Positions 13,114-24,135 are shown, counted from the first letter of the stretch. The stretch is 64,000 nucleotides of DNA from an uncultured delta proteobacterium (GCA_963716725.1 CAVQUB010000006.1:160001-224000); one strand, 5' to 3'. Numbers and translations are program-made. The notes: generated by a model not told the origin, from the letters alone.

Positions 13114-14082
13114 TCAGCGAGCCAGGTGGTCGAAGCCGCCGCGCGTGATGCGCCGACGCGAACCGTCGGCGCGCTCGAGCCACACGCTACGTCCCGCCTC
13201 GATGCGTCCGATGCGATCGAGGTCGGGGTGCGGACGCGCGCTCGTGGCGAGCAGCGCGTAGTCTTCTCCTCCGAACAGCATCAGCTCGAGCGGGCTCGTG
13301 CCCAGGCGCTCCGCAGCGAGGCCAAAGCCCTTGGGCTCTCGGGCGAGCAGCGGTGTGGCTTCGATCACGACTCGAACGCCGCTCGCCCGGGCGAGATGCG
13401 CCGCATCGCCGGCGAGGCCATCCGAGACATCCACGGCGGAGTGAGCCCGGCGGACGAGCGCTTTCCCTTGGTCGATCAAGGCGCGCGGTCGTCGCCACGC
13501 GCTGATCGCCGATCGCTCGGCTGCCGTGCGCGGCGCTTGGCCCCGCTGCAGGAGCCGCAGGCCGAGCGCGGCCCGACCGAGGGCGCCTACGACGAAGAGC
13601 CCGTCTCCTGCGCGGGCGGCGCTCCGCAGCAGCGGTCGGCCCACCTGCCCGAGCACGGTGGTCACAACGCCAAGCTCCGAGGCCCGCGACAGGTTGCCGC
13701 CAACGACCGGGCAAGAGATGGCGCGCGCAGCCGCCGCCTGTCCGCGCGCCAGCAGCGCGAGCTCGGAACGCTTGACCGACGCAGGCAACCCGAGCTGCGA
13801 CAGCGCGGCCACGGGCGTTGCTCCCATGGCCGCGAGATCGCTCGCGGCCGCCATCAGCGATTTCCAACCCAGATCCGCCAGCGAGAGCCAGCGCCGGTCG
13901 AAGTGCACGCCCTCCGTGCAAGCGTCCACGGTCCAGACCAGGCGCTCACGGCCCAGGCGGAGCACCGCGGCGTCGTCGCCAATCCCGATCTCGACCTGGG
14001 GCAGGCGCTGACCCGAAGACAGCGTGCGCTCGAGCAGCGCGATCGCGGCCTGCTCCGACAGCGGGCGCCGATCTCGCGTCAC
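13114..14082 (-). CDS. thiL: Thiamine-phosphate kinase
   Basis: GIGDDAAV, EGVHF, SDLAAMGATP, DVSDGL, GGEDYALL; GTG start overlaps upstream TGA. Confidence 0.92.
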   Translation of the reverse strand: MTRDRRPLSEQAAIALLERTLSSGQRLPQVEIGIGDDAAVLRLGRERLVWTVDACTEGVHFDRRWLSLADLGWKSLMAAASDLAAMGATPVAALSQLGLPASVKRSELALLARGQAAAARAISCPVVGGNLSRASELGVVTTVLGQVGRPLLRSAARAGDGLFVVGALGRAALGLRLLQRGQAPRTAAERSAISAWRRPRALIDQGKALVRRAHSAVDVSDGLAGDAAHLARASGVRVVIEATPLLAREPKGFGLAAERLGTSPLELMLFGGEDYALLATSARPHPDLDRIGRIEAGRSVWLERADGSRRRITRGGFDHLAR

Positions 14083-15500
14083 GCGATGGTGGTTCGACGA
14101 CACGGAAGAGTCACCACGAACACTGCGCCCTTCGGCTCGTTGTCCTCCACCCGCACCGTACCGTCGTGCGCGTCGACCAGGCGCCGTACGATCGACAGGC
14201 CCAGACCCGTGCCTTCGTGCTCGCGAGTGGCGCTGCCGTCGACCTGATAAAAAGCGTCGAAGACCCGCTCTTTCTCGGCGTCGGGCACCCCGATGCCGGT
14301 GTCGACGACGCAGATCTCGACGGCCGGCCGCTTGGCGCTGAACAAGACCAGCCCGCGCCCATCCTCGTCGGCGCGCCGCTCGATGGTCGAGGCTCGCACC
14401 ACGAGCTTCACGTGGCCCCGCTCGGGCGTGAACTTGAGGGCGTTCTCGGTGAGGTTGAGCACGACCTGGCGGAGGCGCTCGGCGTCCGCCCACACGGTCG
14501 GCAACCCCGGCTCGGACTCCACCTTGATCTCCACGGCCTTCTTCCGCGCCGCCGGCGCCAGAGTCTGCGCTGCGTCCAGCACCACCGGAACCACGTCGAT
14601 CTCGGCCTTCTTCAGGCTCATGGTCCCGCTCTCGAGCTTCGAAAGATCGAGCAGGCCCTTGATCAGGTCGAGCAGCTGCTCGCCCTTTTCGTGGATGGTG
14701 TGCACGAAGTCGCGCTGCTCCTCGGTCAGCTCTCCGGCGATGCCCTCGCGCAACATCTCGCTGTAGCCAATGATGCTGGTCAGCGGAGTCCTGAGCTCGT
14801 GGGACACCGTCCCGAGGAAGTTGCTCTTCAGCCGGTCGAGTTCCTTGAGCCGATCGAAGGCGTGTTGCAGCTTGGCGTTCTTCTCCGAGAGCTCACGGTA
14901 GCTCTCTTGCACGCTCGCCAAGTGCATGTTGCTGGTGAGCAGCGCCTTGTGACCCGAAAATAGGATCAGATCCAGAGTGCGACACAAGTGTCGAACGACG
15001 CTTCGCGCGTGCTCTTCCGACAGTGAGGGCAGCTCGGCATAGGCGCTGCGCACGCGCTCCATGTCGATGCCCGGATCGAGCGCTTCGATGTCGCTCCCGG
15101 GGCTCGCCGCCGCGGGATCGCGGTAGGGGCCCAGGATCAGGCGGCCGAGTGAGCGCCCGTCGTAGCTGACGGGAGCAACGAGGTAGCGCGCGCCCGTGAC
15201 ACAGGTGAATTTGAGCTCCTGGTCCTCCTCGGGGACGAGGGATTTGACCGAGGCGACCACCGCGGAGAGCGCGGCCTGTCCGCCCTTGAACCCGTCGAGG
15301 TAGGCGTAGAGCGCCGGCTGCTCGCTCGCGTCCGCGAGCAGCTTGCCAGCCTCGCTGAAGATGCGCAGGGAGGCGCCGAAGAGCTCGCGGGCGCTCTCCG
15401 CCGTCTCACGCAGCGCAGCGCGGTCGACCAAGCTCTCGAGCTCGACCGCTCGCCCCATGGTGAGTTCTTCCAAGAGTTGAGTCGGACTCTCGCCCATCAC
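14079..15500 (-). CDS. Cytoplasmic sensor histidine kinase with PocR-like N-terminal domain
   Basis: SHELRTPL H-box, NLTENALKF, DTGIG, GTGLGLSI; N-terminal CVTGARYLVAPV..LGRLILGPY. Confidence 0.9.
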   Translation of the reverse strand: MMGESPTQLLEELTMGRAVELESLVDRAALRETAESARELFGASLRIFSEAGKLLADASEQPALYAYLDGFKGGQAALSAVVASVKSLVPEEDQELKFTCVTGARYLVAPVSYDGRSLGRLILGPYRDPAAASPGSDIEALDPGIDMERVRSAYAELPSLSEEHARSVVRHLCRTLDLILFSGHKALLTSNMHLASVQESYRELSEKNAKLQHAFDRLKELDRLKSNFLGTVSHELRTPLTSIIGYSEMLREGIAGELTEEQRDFVHTIHEKGEQLLDLIKGLLDLSKLESGTMSLKKAEIDVVPVVLDAAQTLAPAARKKAVEIKVESEPGLPTVWADAERLRQVVLNLTENALKFTPERGHVKLVVRASTIERRADEDGRGLVLFSAKRPAVEICVVDTGIGVPDAEKERVFDAFYQVDGSATREHEGTGLGLSIVRRLVDAHDGTVRVEDNEPKGAVFVVTLPCRRTTIA

Positions 15501-16222
15501 TCCACCTCCGGGCGCAGCACTTCCAGGGCGCCACCGACGCAGGCCCCCAGCAGATCCGCGAGCGGTCGCCGGTGACCCAGCTTGGCAGCGACGCTCTCCA
15601 AGAACGCGCTCGAGTCGAAGCCGAACTTACGGTTCAGGTCGTGCTCCGCGTCGAGCGCGCCCCAGGTCAGGTACAAGAGACCGATGAAGCTCTCGACCAC
15701 GCCGTCGCCCCGAGTCGCAACGGCCAGGTAGACCGGCTCCCGGCCTTGGGCGCCCAGCGATGCGATCTCTTCATCGCTGCGCACGGCGGGCAGGTCACGC
15801 TTGTTGAACTGGATGATGAGCGGGATCTGCTTGAGCGTGAGGCCGTAGGTCTTCAGGTTCTCCTTCAGATCCACGAACGCCGTCGCGTTGTTCTCGGTCT
15901 CCGCGACCTGCGAGTCCGCGATGAAGGCGATTCCATCGGCGCCCTGAAGTACGAGGCGCCGGGTCGAGGCGTGGATGACCTGTCCGGGAACGGTGAAGAC
16001 CTTCAGGCGGACCGACAGCCCGCCCTTGTCCCGGAAGGTGAAGGGCAGCAGATCGAAGAAGAGCGTGCGATCGTCCCGCGTCTCCAGGGTCATGAGCCGG
16101 CCGGTAATTCCCGGATCCGCAGCCTCGTGCAGCGCGTGCAGGTTGGTTGTCTTCCCGCTCAGGGCCGGGCCGTAGTAGACGAGCTTGATCGTGAGCTCCC
16201 GAGCGGCGAAATCAAGCTGCAT
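15497..16222 (-). CDS. MglA-like small GTPase
   Basis: KLVYYGPALSGKTTNL, DRTLFFDLLP, TVPGQV, NKRD. Confidence 0.88.
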   Translation of the reverse strand: MQLDFAARELTIKLVYYGPALSGKTTNLHALHEAADPGITGRLMTLETRDDRTLFFDLLPFTFRDKGGLSVRLKVFTVPGQVIHASTRRLVLQGADGIAFIADSQVAETENNATAFVDLKENLKTYGLTLKQIPLIIQFNKRDLPAVRSDEEIASLGAQGREPVYLAVATRGDGVVESFIGLLYLTWGALDAEHDLNRKFGFDSSAFLESVAAKLGHRRPLADLLGACVGGALEVLRPEVE

Positions 16223-16324
16223 GGTGCGGAGGAAGAACTCTACATCAGCCTTCCGCCAACGGCGACAGCCAGTCGTCGGCCCGACGCGCTCGCCCGGAAA
16301 TCACCCAAAAGTCTGGAGTCCCGC

Positions 16325-17362
16325 GTGAGCAAGACCCTGGTGCTGCTCTGGCTCGGTACGTCCGCTCCGCAGGCGACCCACGAGACTGCCCTCGACTCCT
16401 GGTCTCGGGCGCGCTGGGTCCAGCTGGCCCCTCCGGCGGAAGCCTCCCCCGAAGGCCTCATCTACGACGACGCCTTGGTGTCCAAGATCGATGAGTGGCT
16501 CGAGCAAGCCCGACTCGCCGCAAGCTCGCTCGACGACGCCGCGGCACGCGAGCGCCTCGCCGAGGTCGAAGGTGCTTTGCGTCAGCACCCGGCTCTGCCT
16601 CAGGCCGCCTGGCTCATGGCCGAGTCGCTTCATGTCGAGGCCACGATCGCCGCCCGCGCCGCTCCCGCTGACCGCCCGAAGCTGCTCGCTCGCGCCGCGG
16701 CCCTCGAAGGAAGACGCGCGCCGGCCTTTGGCGAACCCGGTGACCCAACGGCTGCAACCTCGACCCAGTCGAAGATCGCGGTGCGCGGGATGCGCAGCGC
16801 CGACCAGCTCTACTTCGACGGCGTGCCCGTGGCGCGCCGCCTCGAAGTAGCAACCGGCGAGCACCACGTGCGCGTGCTGCGTCGGCAGCGCGTGGTGTGG
16901 GCCGGCTGGGTGTCCGTGGCAGGCTCGGGGGACGTCACGCTGCCCGTGGGCAGCCCCGTCGCGTGCAGCCTCGACGACCTCGAAGGCGTGAGCCTGCGCA
17001 TGCGCAAGGTCGTCGTGCCCACGGGCGTGGGCTGCGAGCGCTGGGCCGTGGCGCGACCGGCGGCGCGCGGCGGAATCGAAATCGCGTCCTGTCGCGGCTC
17101 CGAGTGCGGTCCGCTGATGGTGTGGAAGGCGCACTACGGCGCCATCTACCAGGGCCCGCCCCAACCCCCACCGGAGCCGGGCTTCCCGGCCTGGGCGACC
17201 TGGGCGCTGGCGGGCGCCGGCGCCGCGGTGCTCACCACGGGCGTGCTCTGGCAGGCCGGCGCCTTCGACGAGCCCGAACCCGGCGCGACGCGCTTCGTGT
17301 TCAACGGACCCGGGCAGCAGCAGAAGCTCGGAGCTAGCCCCAGCGCCTTCGGGCGTCGCTGA
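16325..17362 (+). CDS. Hypothetical protein with PEGA-like segment and C-terminal hydrophobic helix
   Basis: Coding-like 3' part of the 596 aa ORF; LYFDGVPV..GEHHVRV; start uncertain. Confidence 0.6.
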   Translation: MSKTLVLLWLGTSAPQATHETALDSWSRARWVQLAPPAEASPEGLIYDDALVSKIDEWLEQARLAASSLDDAAARERLAEVEGALRQHPALPQAAWLMAESLHVEATIAARAAPADRPKLLARAAALEGRRAPAFGEPGDPTAATSTQSKIAVRGMRSADQLYFDGVPVARRLEVATGEHHVRVLRRQRVVWAGWVSVAGSGDVTLPVGSPVACSLDDLEGVSLRMRKVVVPTGVGCERWAVARPAARGGIEIASCRGSECGPLMVWKAHYGAIYQGPPQPPPEPGFPAWATWALAGAGAAVLTTGVLWQAGAFDEPEPGATRFVFNGPGQQQKLGASPSAFGRR

Positions 17363-18710
17363 TCGCCTCCAGCACCCGGGATTTCGCCGGACCGCCGACG
17401 ACGCCGCGCCGCTCGACGGCCTGCGCGGGATCCAGGGCCAGCGTCACGCCCTGCCCCGTCAGCGCCGGATGCGCCTTCACGAGCTCCTCCGCCGACAGCT
17501 CGCCGATCTGGACGCCGCGCTCCTCTGCCGCGCGCACCACGGCGCCGACCACGTGATGGGCCTCGCGGAACGGCACGCCCTGGTCCACGAGATAGTCGGC
17601 GAGGTCCGTCGCGCAGACGTGCCCGCCGTCGAGGGCCGCACGCAGGCGCTCCCGGCGGAAGGTCGCGGTAGCAATCGCGCCGGTCAGCGCTCGAACACCG
17701 ACAATGGCATTGTCGAAGGCATCGAAGATGGGTCGCTTGTCCTCTTGCAGATCGCGCCCGTAGCCGAAGCACAGGCTCTTCTCGAGTATCAGCAAGGAGG
17801 TGGCGCTGCCGATCAAGAGCGCCGCCTTGCCGCGCACCAGCTCCGCGACGTCGGGGTTCTTCTTCTGCGGCATCATGCTCGAGCTGGTCGAGAACTGATC
17901 GCTGAGGCTCAAGAACCCGAACTCCTGGCTCGACCAGAGCACCATCTCTTCGCCAATGCGCGAGAGATGCACGCCGAGGATAGCCAGGGCACCGCTGAGC
18001 TCCATGGCAAAATCGCGGCTGCTCGTGGCGTCGATGCTGTTGCGGGTCGCGCGGGAGAACCCCAGATCCTTCGCCGTGGCCTCGCGATCGAGGGCGAAGC
18101 CAGTGCCGGCCACGGCCCCGGCGCCGAGCGGGCACTCGTCGAGACGCGCCAATGCGTCGGCGATGCGCCCGCGATCACGCCAGAGCAGCTCTTGCCACGC
18201 CATCAGATGATGCGAGAGCCGGCTGGGCTGTGCGCGCTGCAGGTGCGTATAAGACGGCATCAGCGTGTCGATCTCGCGCTCGGCCTGCGCCACGACGGCC
18301 CGGCCGAGGTCGTCCAGGGCCGCGAGAGTCTCTTGGGCGCGGCGTCGGCAGTAGAGCCGGAGATCCGTCGCGACCTGATCGTTGCGCGAGCGCGCAGTGT
18401 GCAGCTTGCCGCCCACCGCACCGACGATGGCGGTCAGGCGCGCCTCGATGTTCATGTGCACGTCTTCTTTGGCGCGATCCCAGACCATCTCACCGCGCTC
18501 GATCTCGGCGGCGACTTGCCCGAGTCCCGCCACCAGAGCCTCGGCCTCATCGGCGCTGATCACGCCGGCGCGGGCCAGACCGCGGGCATGAGCCACGGAT
18601 CCCGCGATGTCCTCACGCCACAGCGCCGAGTCCACGTCGACGCTGGTGTTGAGTGCCTCCATCGCACGATCGATGGCGGCGTCGAGCCTGCCGCCGCGAG
18701 CGACGCTCAC
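17334..18710 (-). CDS. argH: Argininosuccinate lyase
   Basis: EDVHMNIE, RSRNDQVATD, THLQRAQP, SSMMPQKKNPD. Confidence 0.96.
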   Translation of the reverse strand: MSVARGGRLDAAIDRAMEALNTSVDVDSALWREDIAGSVAHARGLARAGVISADEAEALVAGLGQVAAEIERGEMVWDRAKEDVHMNIEARLTAIVGAVGGKLHTARSRNDQVATDLRLYCRRRAQETLAALDDLGRAVVAQAEREIDTLMPSYTHLQRAQPSRLSHHLMAWQELLWRDRGRIADALARLDECPLGAGAVAGTGFALDREATAKDLGFSRATRNSIDATSSRDFAMELSGALAILGVHLSRIGEEMVLWSSQEFGFLSLSDQFSTSSSMMPQKKNPDVAELVRGKAALLIGSATSLLILEKSLCFGYGRDLQEDKRPIFDAFDNAIVGVRALTGAIATATFRRERLRAALDGGHVCATDLADYLVDQGVPFREAHHVVGAVVRAAEERGVQIGELSAEELVKAHPALTGQGVTLALDPAQAVERRGVVGGPAKSRVLEAISDARRRWG

Positions 18711-20464
18711 GCGGGCGCTCCAGCGATTGTGCTCTTCAGCGCCTCGAGCCGCGCGCTCAGCTGCGCCAACCGCTCGCCATCGTGCTGCACGCGCGCGAGC
18801 TCCGCGTCTCGATCCGCGGCGCCACTTTCACGCTCGTCACGAACCGACGCCAAGACTTCGATCACCTCGCGGTGCAGCTCTTGGCCCGCGGTGACCACCC
18901 ACTCGTCGAGCCGGCTCGCGAACTCGTCCACCATCTCGTCGATCTTTGGACCGACCTTGGCGGCCGCGTCCCGCAAGACCACTGGCCCCAGCTCGAGCGC
19001 GCGCTTCTTGATCTCGGCCTCGGTGCGCCCGCGGTTCCAGAGCGCCAGCGCCGGCGCGGCTGCCATCAGCAGGCCGCCAAGCAGCACGTTGGCAAAGAGC
19101 ACGCCCATGCCGATGCTCAAGACCGCGAAGATGCCCACGTCGTAGGCAAAGCGGTCGACCTCGATGGGCGGCGCCTTCAGATCTGCTCCCATGGCCCCGC
19201 TCACGCGCTTGCCGACGTCGTGCGCGTCGTCTTTGACCAGCGCGACCATGCGCTCGCCGAGGGCCTCGAGGGCCGCGGCGATCTCTCGGGTCTCGAGCTC
19301 CGCCCACTGCCGGAAGGAGTGTTCGAAGAAGGGGCCCAGGTGCTGCTTCAGATCGTCTCCACTCGCTTGCTCGAGGATCGCCGGCAGCTGCCGCACCACG
19401 TCGTCGCAGAAGCGATCCAGGTCGCGCCGCGCCCAGGCCTTGATCGCCCCGGCCTCCTCGCGGATGGCCAGGCGCCGCTTCTCGACGGTGTCGGCTTGGC
19501 CTGCCAGATCGGCCTCGAGCATTTCGATGCGGCGAGCGATTTGCTCCGAGCTCATGGCGACCGCGCGCCGACGCGCGTCCACGCCGCGGCTCAGCACGGC
19601 GGCCGCAGAGACGCCTTCGCCCAGCGCGTTGGAGAGCAGGACGCGCCCGCGCTCCTCGGCCAGAAATCGCGTCAGGTGCTGCACCAGCTCCGGCAGACCG
19701 CTCTGCTCTGGGCGTTCGGCCAGCGCGGTCTGGGCACTGACGGCGAAGACCTGCGGCTCCTTCACCAGGGCCGCCAGCCGGTTGCGCACGTAGGCCAGCG
19801 CCTCGGTCCGCTCGGCGTCGCTCCAGATGTCGCTCTTGGCCACCACGAAGAAGATCTTGTCGCGGCTCTTTCCGATCAGCTGGTGCTCCAAGAACTGTCG
19901 TTCGCTCTCTTTCACCGGCTGCCCCGCGTCGAGCACGAAGAGCACCGCGTCCGACCGTGGGATGTAGCCGTAGGTGATCTCGGCGCGCGTCAGTGACAGA
20001 TCGTTCACTCCGGGAGTGTCGACCAGCACGATGCGCTCGCGCAGGAGCTCGGCCGGGAACCCCACCTCGACGTAGCTGACGGGCTCCTCGGAGCGGGCGC
20101 CGCCCGTGGCGAAGCTCTTCACGTCCTCGAAGGGCAGCGGCTGCTCTTGCCCCGAGGCGAGCACCACCTTCGCGCAGGGCTCGTCACTCCAGACGATGTG
20201 GTGGATGACGGCCGTGGTCGGGGTGACGCCAATGGGCAGCGCCGCGTTGCCCAAGAGCGCGTTCACGAAGGTGCTCTTGCCGTGGTTGAACTCCCCAACG
20301 ACGACCAGGTGGAAGCGATCGCTCTCGAGCTTCTTCACCAGATCGAGGTCGACACGTGCGGCGAGCGACGCGGCGCCGATGCTCCGGGCGACCTCGCCGA
20401 GATTGCCCAGGGCTTCGATGACTTCGAGCTTTCGCTCGCGGAAAGCGTCCAACATTTCGGGCAT
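18707..20464 (-). CDS. Bacterial dynamin-like GTPase
   Basis: GEFNHGKST, GVTPTT, LVDTPG, helical stalk and hydrophobic paddle-like segment. Confidence 0.88.
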   Translation of the reverse strand: MPEMLDAFRERKLEVIEALGNLGEVARSIGAASLAARVDLDLVKKLESDRFHLVVVGEFNHGKSTFVNALLGNAALPIGVTPTTAVIHHIVWSDEPCAKVVLASGQEQPLPFEDVKSFATGGARSEEPVSYVEVGFPAELLRERIVLVDTPGVNDLSLTRAEITYGYIPRSDAVLFVLDAGQPVKESERQFLEHQLIGKSRDKIFFVVAKSDIWSDAERTEALAYVRNRLAALVKEPQVFAVSAQTALAERPEQSGLPELVQHLTRFLAEERGRVLLSNALGEGVSAAAVLSRGVDARRRAVAMSSEQIARRIEMLEADLAGQADTVEKRRLAIREEAGAIKAWARRDLDRFCDDVVRQLPAILEQASGDDLKQHLGPFFEHSFRQWAELETREIAAALEALGERMVALVKDDAHDVGKRVSGAMGADLKAPPIEVDRFAYDVGIFAVLSIGMGVLFANVLLGGLLMAAAPALALWNRGRTEAEIKKRALELGPVVLRDAAAKVGPKIDEMVDEFASRLDEWVVTAGQELHREVIEVLASVRDERESGAADRDAELARVQHDGERLAQLSARLEALKSTIAGAPA

Positions 20465-20490
20465 CCTAGGCTATTTCCGGGTCCGCCGCC

Positions 20491-21387
20491 CTACCCCACG
20501 ACCTTGACGATCTCGTGAACACGCTCGTCCACTTGGTCCATGCTCAGGCCGTCGCTGCCGGCCCCGACGTGCTGGCGGAACAGCGCGCTTTCAGCGAAGA
20601 GGCGCAGCGCCAGCACACGCTTGGGCAGCCAGGGGTGAGTGGCAAAGACCTCGCCAAAACGTCCGATGTTGCCCTGGGCTTCCTCGTGCTGCTCGAGAAA
20701 GGCCTCGATGTTCAGATCTTCGTAGAGCTTCTGCGACCCCAGGGCGAGCTTGGTCAGCGCCTTCGATGCGACCTCGAGATCGCGCGCGCAGAGCGCCCCG
20801 GCTCGGTCGCAGGTGATCTCGGCTCGCCGCGACCAGGCTCGCAGGGCGAGCACCGCGGGCAGGCTGGCATAGCGCAGGAACAAGCCCGCCATCCGCGTCA
20901 GCATGTAGAGCGCGGTCAGGTAGACCACGTGGTTATTGTGAATGTGCCCACACTCGTGGCCGATCACGCTCATCAGCTCGTCGTCCGAGAGGTGATCGAC
21001 GAGGCCCGAGTGGATCATGATGAAAGAGTCGTCGTTGGTGCCATAGGTCGCCGCGTTGAGGTGCGGGTTGTTGACGACGTACAGCGTCGGGGTGGCGATG
21101 CCGAGGGTCTCGCCGCAGCGCTCGGCCAGGGACTGCACCCGCGGGAACTGGCGCGGACCGATCTTCACGGCGTGACCCAAGAGCTCGGCCTTGCCGATGT
21201 GCTTGAACATGCGGACGCCGGCCGCCACCGCCAGCTCCACCGGCTTCATGGTCTCGAAGGCGGAGCGGGTCTTGCGATCCCAGGCGTAGGCGTAGGCGTG
21301 GGAACTCTCGCCGGAGCTCGCCCCCGGTTGGCCTTGCCTTCTGTGTTCGACGAACTTCTGAAAATCGAGGGCTTCGACGCGGGCCAT
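20491..21387 (-). CDS. M48 family Zn metallopeptidase
   Basis: ELMSVIGHECGH, WSRRAEITCDRAG, THP. Confidence 0.88.
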   Translation of the reverse strand: MARVEALDFQKFVEHRRQGQPGASSGESSHAYAYAWDRKTRSAFETMKPVELAVAAGVRMFKHIGKAELLGHAVKIGPRQFPRVQSLAERCGETLGIATPTLYVVNNPHLNAATYGTNDDSFIMIHSGLVDHLSDDELMSVIGHECGHIHNNHVVYLTALYMLTRMAGLFLRYASLPAVLALRAWSRRAEITCDRAGALCARDLEVASKALTKLALGSQKLYEDLNIEAFLEQHEEAQGNIGRFGEVFATHPWLPKRVLALRLFAESALFRQHVGAGSDGLSMDQVDERVHEIVKVVG

Positions 21388-21439
21388 TTTCCCCGCAACG
21401 TAACGTCGGCTCCGGGTCGCCGCAATCGCGGCCGCAAAT

Positions 21440-22393
21440 TCAGTCGAGCCCGCGGCAGGCCGAGTCGAGGGCTCCGGCCTCGATCTCGGCGAGGCGCGCC
21501 AAAAATCGCCGGTAGTCCCGCAGCGGGGGCGCACCGGCGGCCGCTCGCAGGGAGTAGTCGGTGATGCGTGTGGTCGCGAAGCGCAGCGCCCCCAAGGCGC
21601 CTTCGAGCGGAAGCGCAGCGACCTCCCTCGGACCCAAACGACGCACCGCGTGATAGCCGGCCAGCAGGGCCCGCACCAGCTCGGGGTCGAAGCGATCTCC
21701 AAAGCACCAGGCGTGCACGCAGACCATCAAGTCGTAGACGTACACGCCGTGGCAGGCGCTCTCGAAATCGATGAGCGCGGCGACGCGCCCGTCGTGCCAA
21801 AGCACGTTGTCCCGAAACAGATCTCCGTGAACCAATCCGGCGGGCAGACTCGCATCGCGACGCGCGATGACCGCTGCGAGCCGCTCGGAGATCTCGCGAG
21901 TGACCGGCTCGAACGCGGGCGCTTCCTTCGCGGCTCGACTGAGCCGGGCTTCCAGATCGGCGCGCTCGAACCGCCCCTTCGGCGCGTTGTCGATCCGTGC
22001 GAGGTGAACGCGCGCGAGGGCCTCCCCCACGGCCCGAGTGTGTTCGACCCGCACCCGCGCCTGGCACAGGATCTCCCCGTCGATCCAGGGGAACAGCGCG
22101 ACGGGTTTGCCTCGGTGTTCGTCCAAGACAGACCCGTCCCCGCGCGCCAACGGCATCGGAGTCGGCACGCCGGCCCGCGCGAGCGCCCCGAGCACTGCAA
22201 GCTCCTGAGTCGCCCCCTCCGTCGCTTGCTCTTCGTACACCCGCGCGAAGACCGAGCGCCCCGCTTGGGTCTCGAAGCGAAAGTTCGAGTTCACACTCCC
22301 TCCCTGCACGGGCACCACGCAGACGATGTCCAGCCCGAAGGCGCGCCCGATGCGGCGGGCGTCTTCGAGGGCGAGGGGGGTGATGAGTGCCAT
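21440..22393 (-). CDS. thrB: Homoserine kinase type II (APH-like)
   Basis: GSVNSNF, GLVHGDLFRDNVLW, IDF, ALRFATTRITD. Confidence 0.82.
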   Translation of the reverse strand: MALITPLALEDARRIGRAFGLDIVCVVPVQGGSVNSNFRFETQAGRSVFARVYEEQATEGATQELAVLGALARAGVPTPMPLARGDGSVLDEHRGKPVALFPWIDGEILCQARVRVEHTRAVGEALARVHLARIDNAPKGRFERADLEARLSRAAKEAPAFEPVTREISERLAAVIARRDASLPAGLVHGDLFRDNVLWHDGRVAALIDFESACHGVYVYDLMVCVHAWCFGDRFDPELVRALLAGYHAVRRLGPREVAALPLEGALGALRFATTRITDYSLRAAAGAPPLRDYRRFLARLAEIEAGALDSACRGLD

Positions 22394-22434
22394 CTCGGCG
22401 GACATGCTAGCCTGGGAAGCGTCATGCGAGGCGG

Positions 22435-24135
22435 ATGACGGAAGTCTACGGAAACACCAAGGGGCTGCCCCCGAGCGCGATCCGAGCGCTCGAGCGCATC
22501 TACCGCCGCCGCGTCCCGCTCGACTGCATCGCAACCCCCGAGCTGGTTCGGTCGCTGGCCGAAGCGTCGCGCGAGAGCCAAAGGCAGGTCGGCGCCCTCG
22601 TGCATCGCTCGGGACAGGTGGACACGGTCATCGTCGGCAGCCCCAGCGGTCTGATGTTGCCGGACATCGGGCGCCTGCGGGCGGCGCAGGGTCGGTTTCG
22701 CGCGCTGCGCTTGGTGCACACCCATCTCTTCAACGAAGCGCTGACCCGCGACGACTTGGTCGATCTCACGCGCCTTCGCCTCGATTTGATCGCCGCGGTC
22801 TTGCTCAGTCGCGAGGGCGAGCCGCGCACGCATGACCTGGGCGTACAACGTGCCAACACGCGGGGACGGCGTGCCCTACCAGATCGTGCCGCCCACGCCC
22901 TGGGGCACGCCCAACCCGACTTCGGCCGAGCTGATCTCGGCCCTCGAGAGCGAGTTCGCGCAGTCCGCGCGGCTGCGTGAGGTGCGCGCCAAAGACGGGC
23001 GCGCGATCCTGGTCCACGTCGGCGAAAAGAAGATCGCCGGCGCCGGGCATCGCGCCAACGCCCGCCTCGCGGAGCTCGAGAGCCTGGCCCGCACCGCCGG
23101 GGTCGAGGTGGTCGATCGCGTCGTGCAGCTGCGCGATCGCATCGATCCCAAGCTGGTGCTCGGCAAGGGCAAGCTCGAAGAGGTGGTGATGCGCGCCATT
23201 GAGCTCGACGTCGAGACCCTGATCTTCGACCTGAATCTCAGCCCTGCCCAGGTCCACGGCATCAGTCGAGGAGACCGACCTCAAGGTCATCGACCGGACG
23301 CCAGCTGATCCTCGACATCTTCGCCCAGCGCGCCGAGACCCGCGACGGCAAGCTCCAGGTCGAGCTCGCCCAGCTCAAGTACGCGCTGCCGCGACTGGGT
23401 CTGAAGGACGACGCTCTCAGCCGGCTCACCGGCGGCATCGGCGGCCGAGGCCCCGGCGAGACCAAGCTCGAGATCGGCCGGCGCCGCGCCCGGGATCGCG
23501 TGCACCATCTCGAGCGCTCCCTGGCAGAGCTGGCGAAGAAACGCGCCGAGCGCCGCCGGCGTCGCGATCAGAGCGGCGTGCCGGTGGTCGCCATCGTCGG
23601 CTACACCAACGCCGGCAAGAGCACGCTGCTCAACACGCTGACCGACGCGGGCGTGCTCGCCGAAGACAAGCTCTTTGCCACCCTCGACACGCGGGCGCGT
23701 CGGCTCCACCTGCCCGATGGCCGCGAGGTCGTGCTCATCGACACGGTGGGCTTCATCCGCGACATGCCCGAGGGCCTGTTCGCGGCCTTCCGCGCCACCT
23801 TCGAAGAGGCAGCCGAGGCCGATCTGGTCTTGCAGGTGGTGGACGCCTCCGATCCCGAGCACGCGGAGCACGAGCGCACCACCGCCGCCCTCCTCGAAGA
23901 GCTCGATCTGTCGGGCCTGCCCCGGCTCACGGTCTACAACAAGCTCGATCGCCTCGAGCCGCCCGAACGCAACGCGCTCGAGCGGCTGCCCGACTCGGCG
24001 ACGATCTCGGCGCTCCGCAAGGACACGACGCTGAGTCTGCTCCGGCGCGTCGCGGTGTTGCTCGGGTCCCGGGACGCCGAACCCCTGGGCACAGAGCCAG
24101 CCGAGCCTCTGCCACAGGAGCTGGCCGAGGCCTAG
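22435..24135 (+). CDS. hflX: GTPase HflX with N-terminal extension; frameshifts near 22830 and 23270-23300
   Basis: [62 protein letters not shown] across three frames. Confidence 0.92.

Noticed and set aside
22435..24135. hflX pseudogene
   Set aside because: All motifs are intact across a few single-base shifts, consistent with assembly error.
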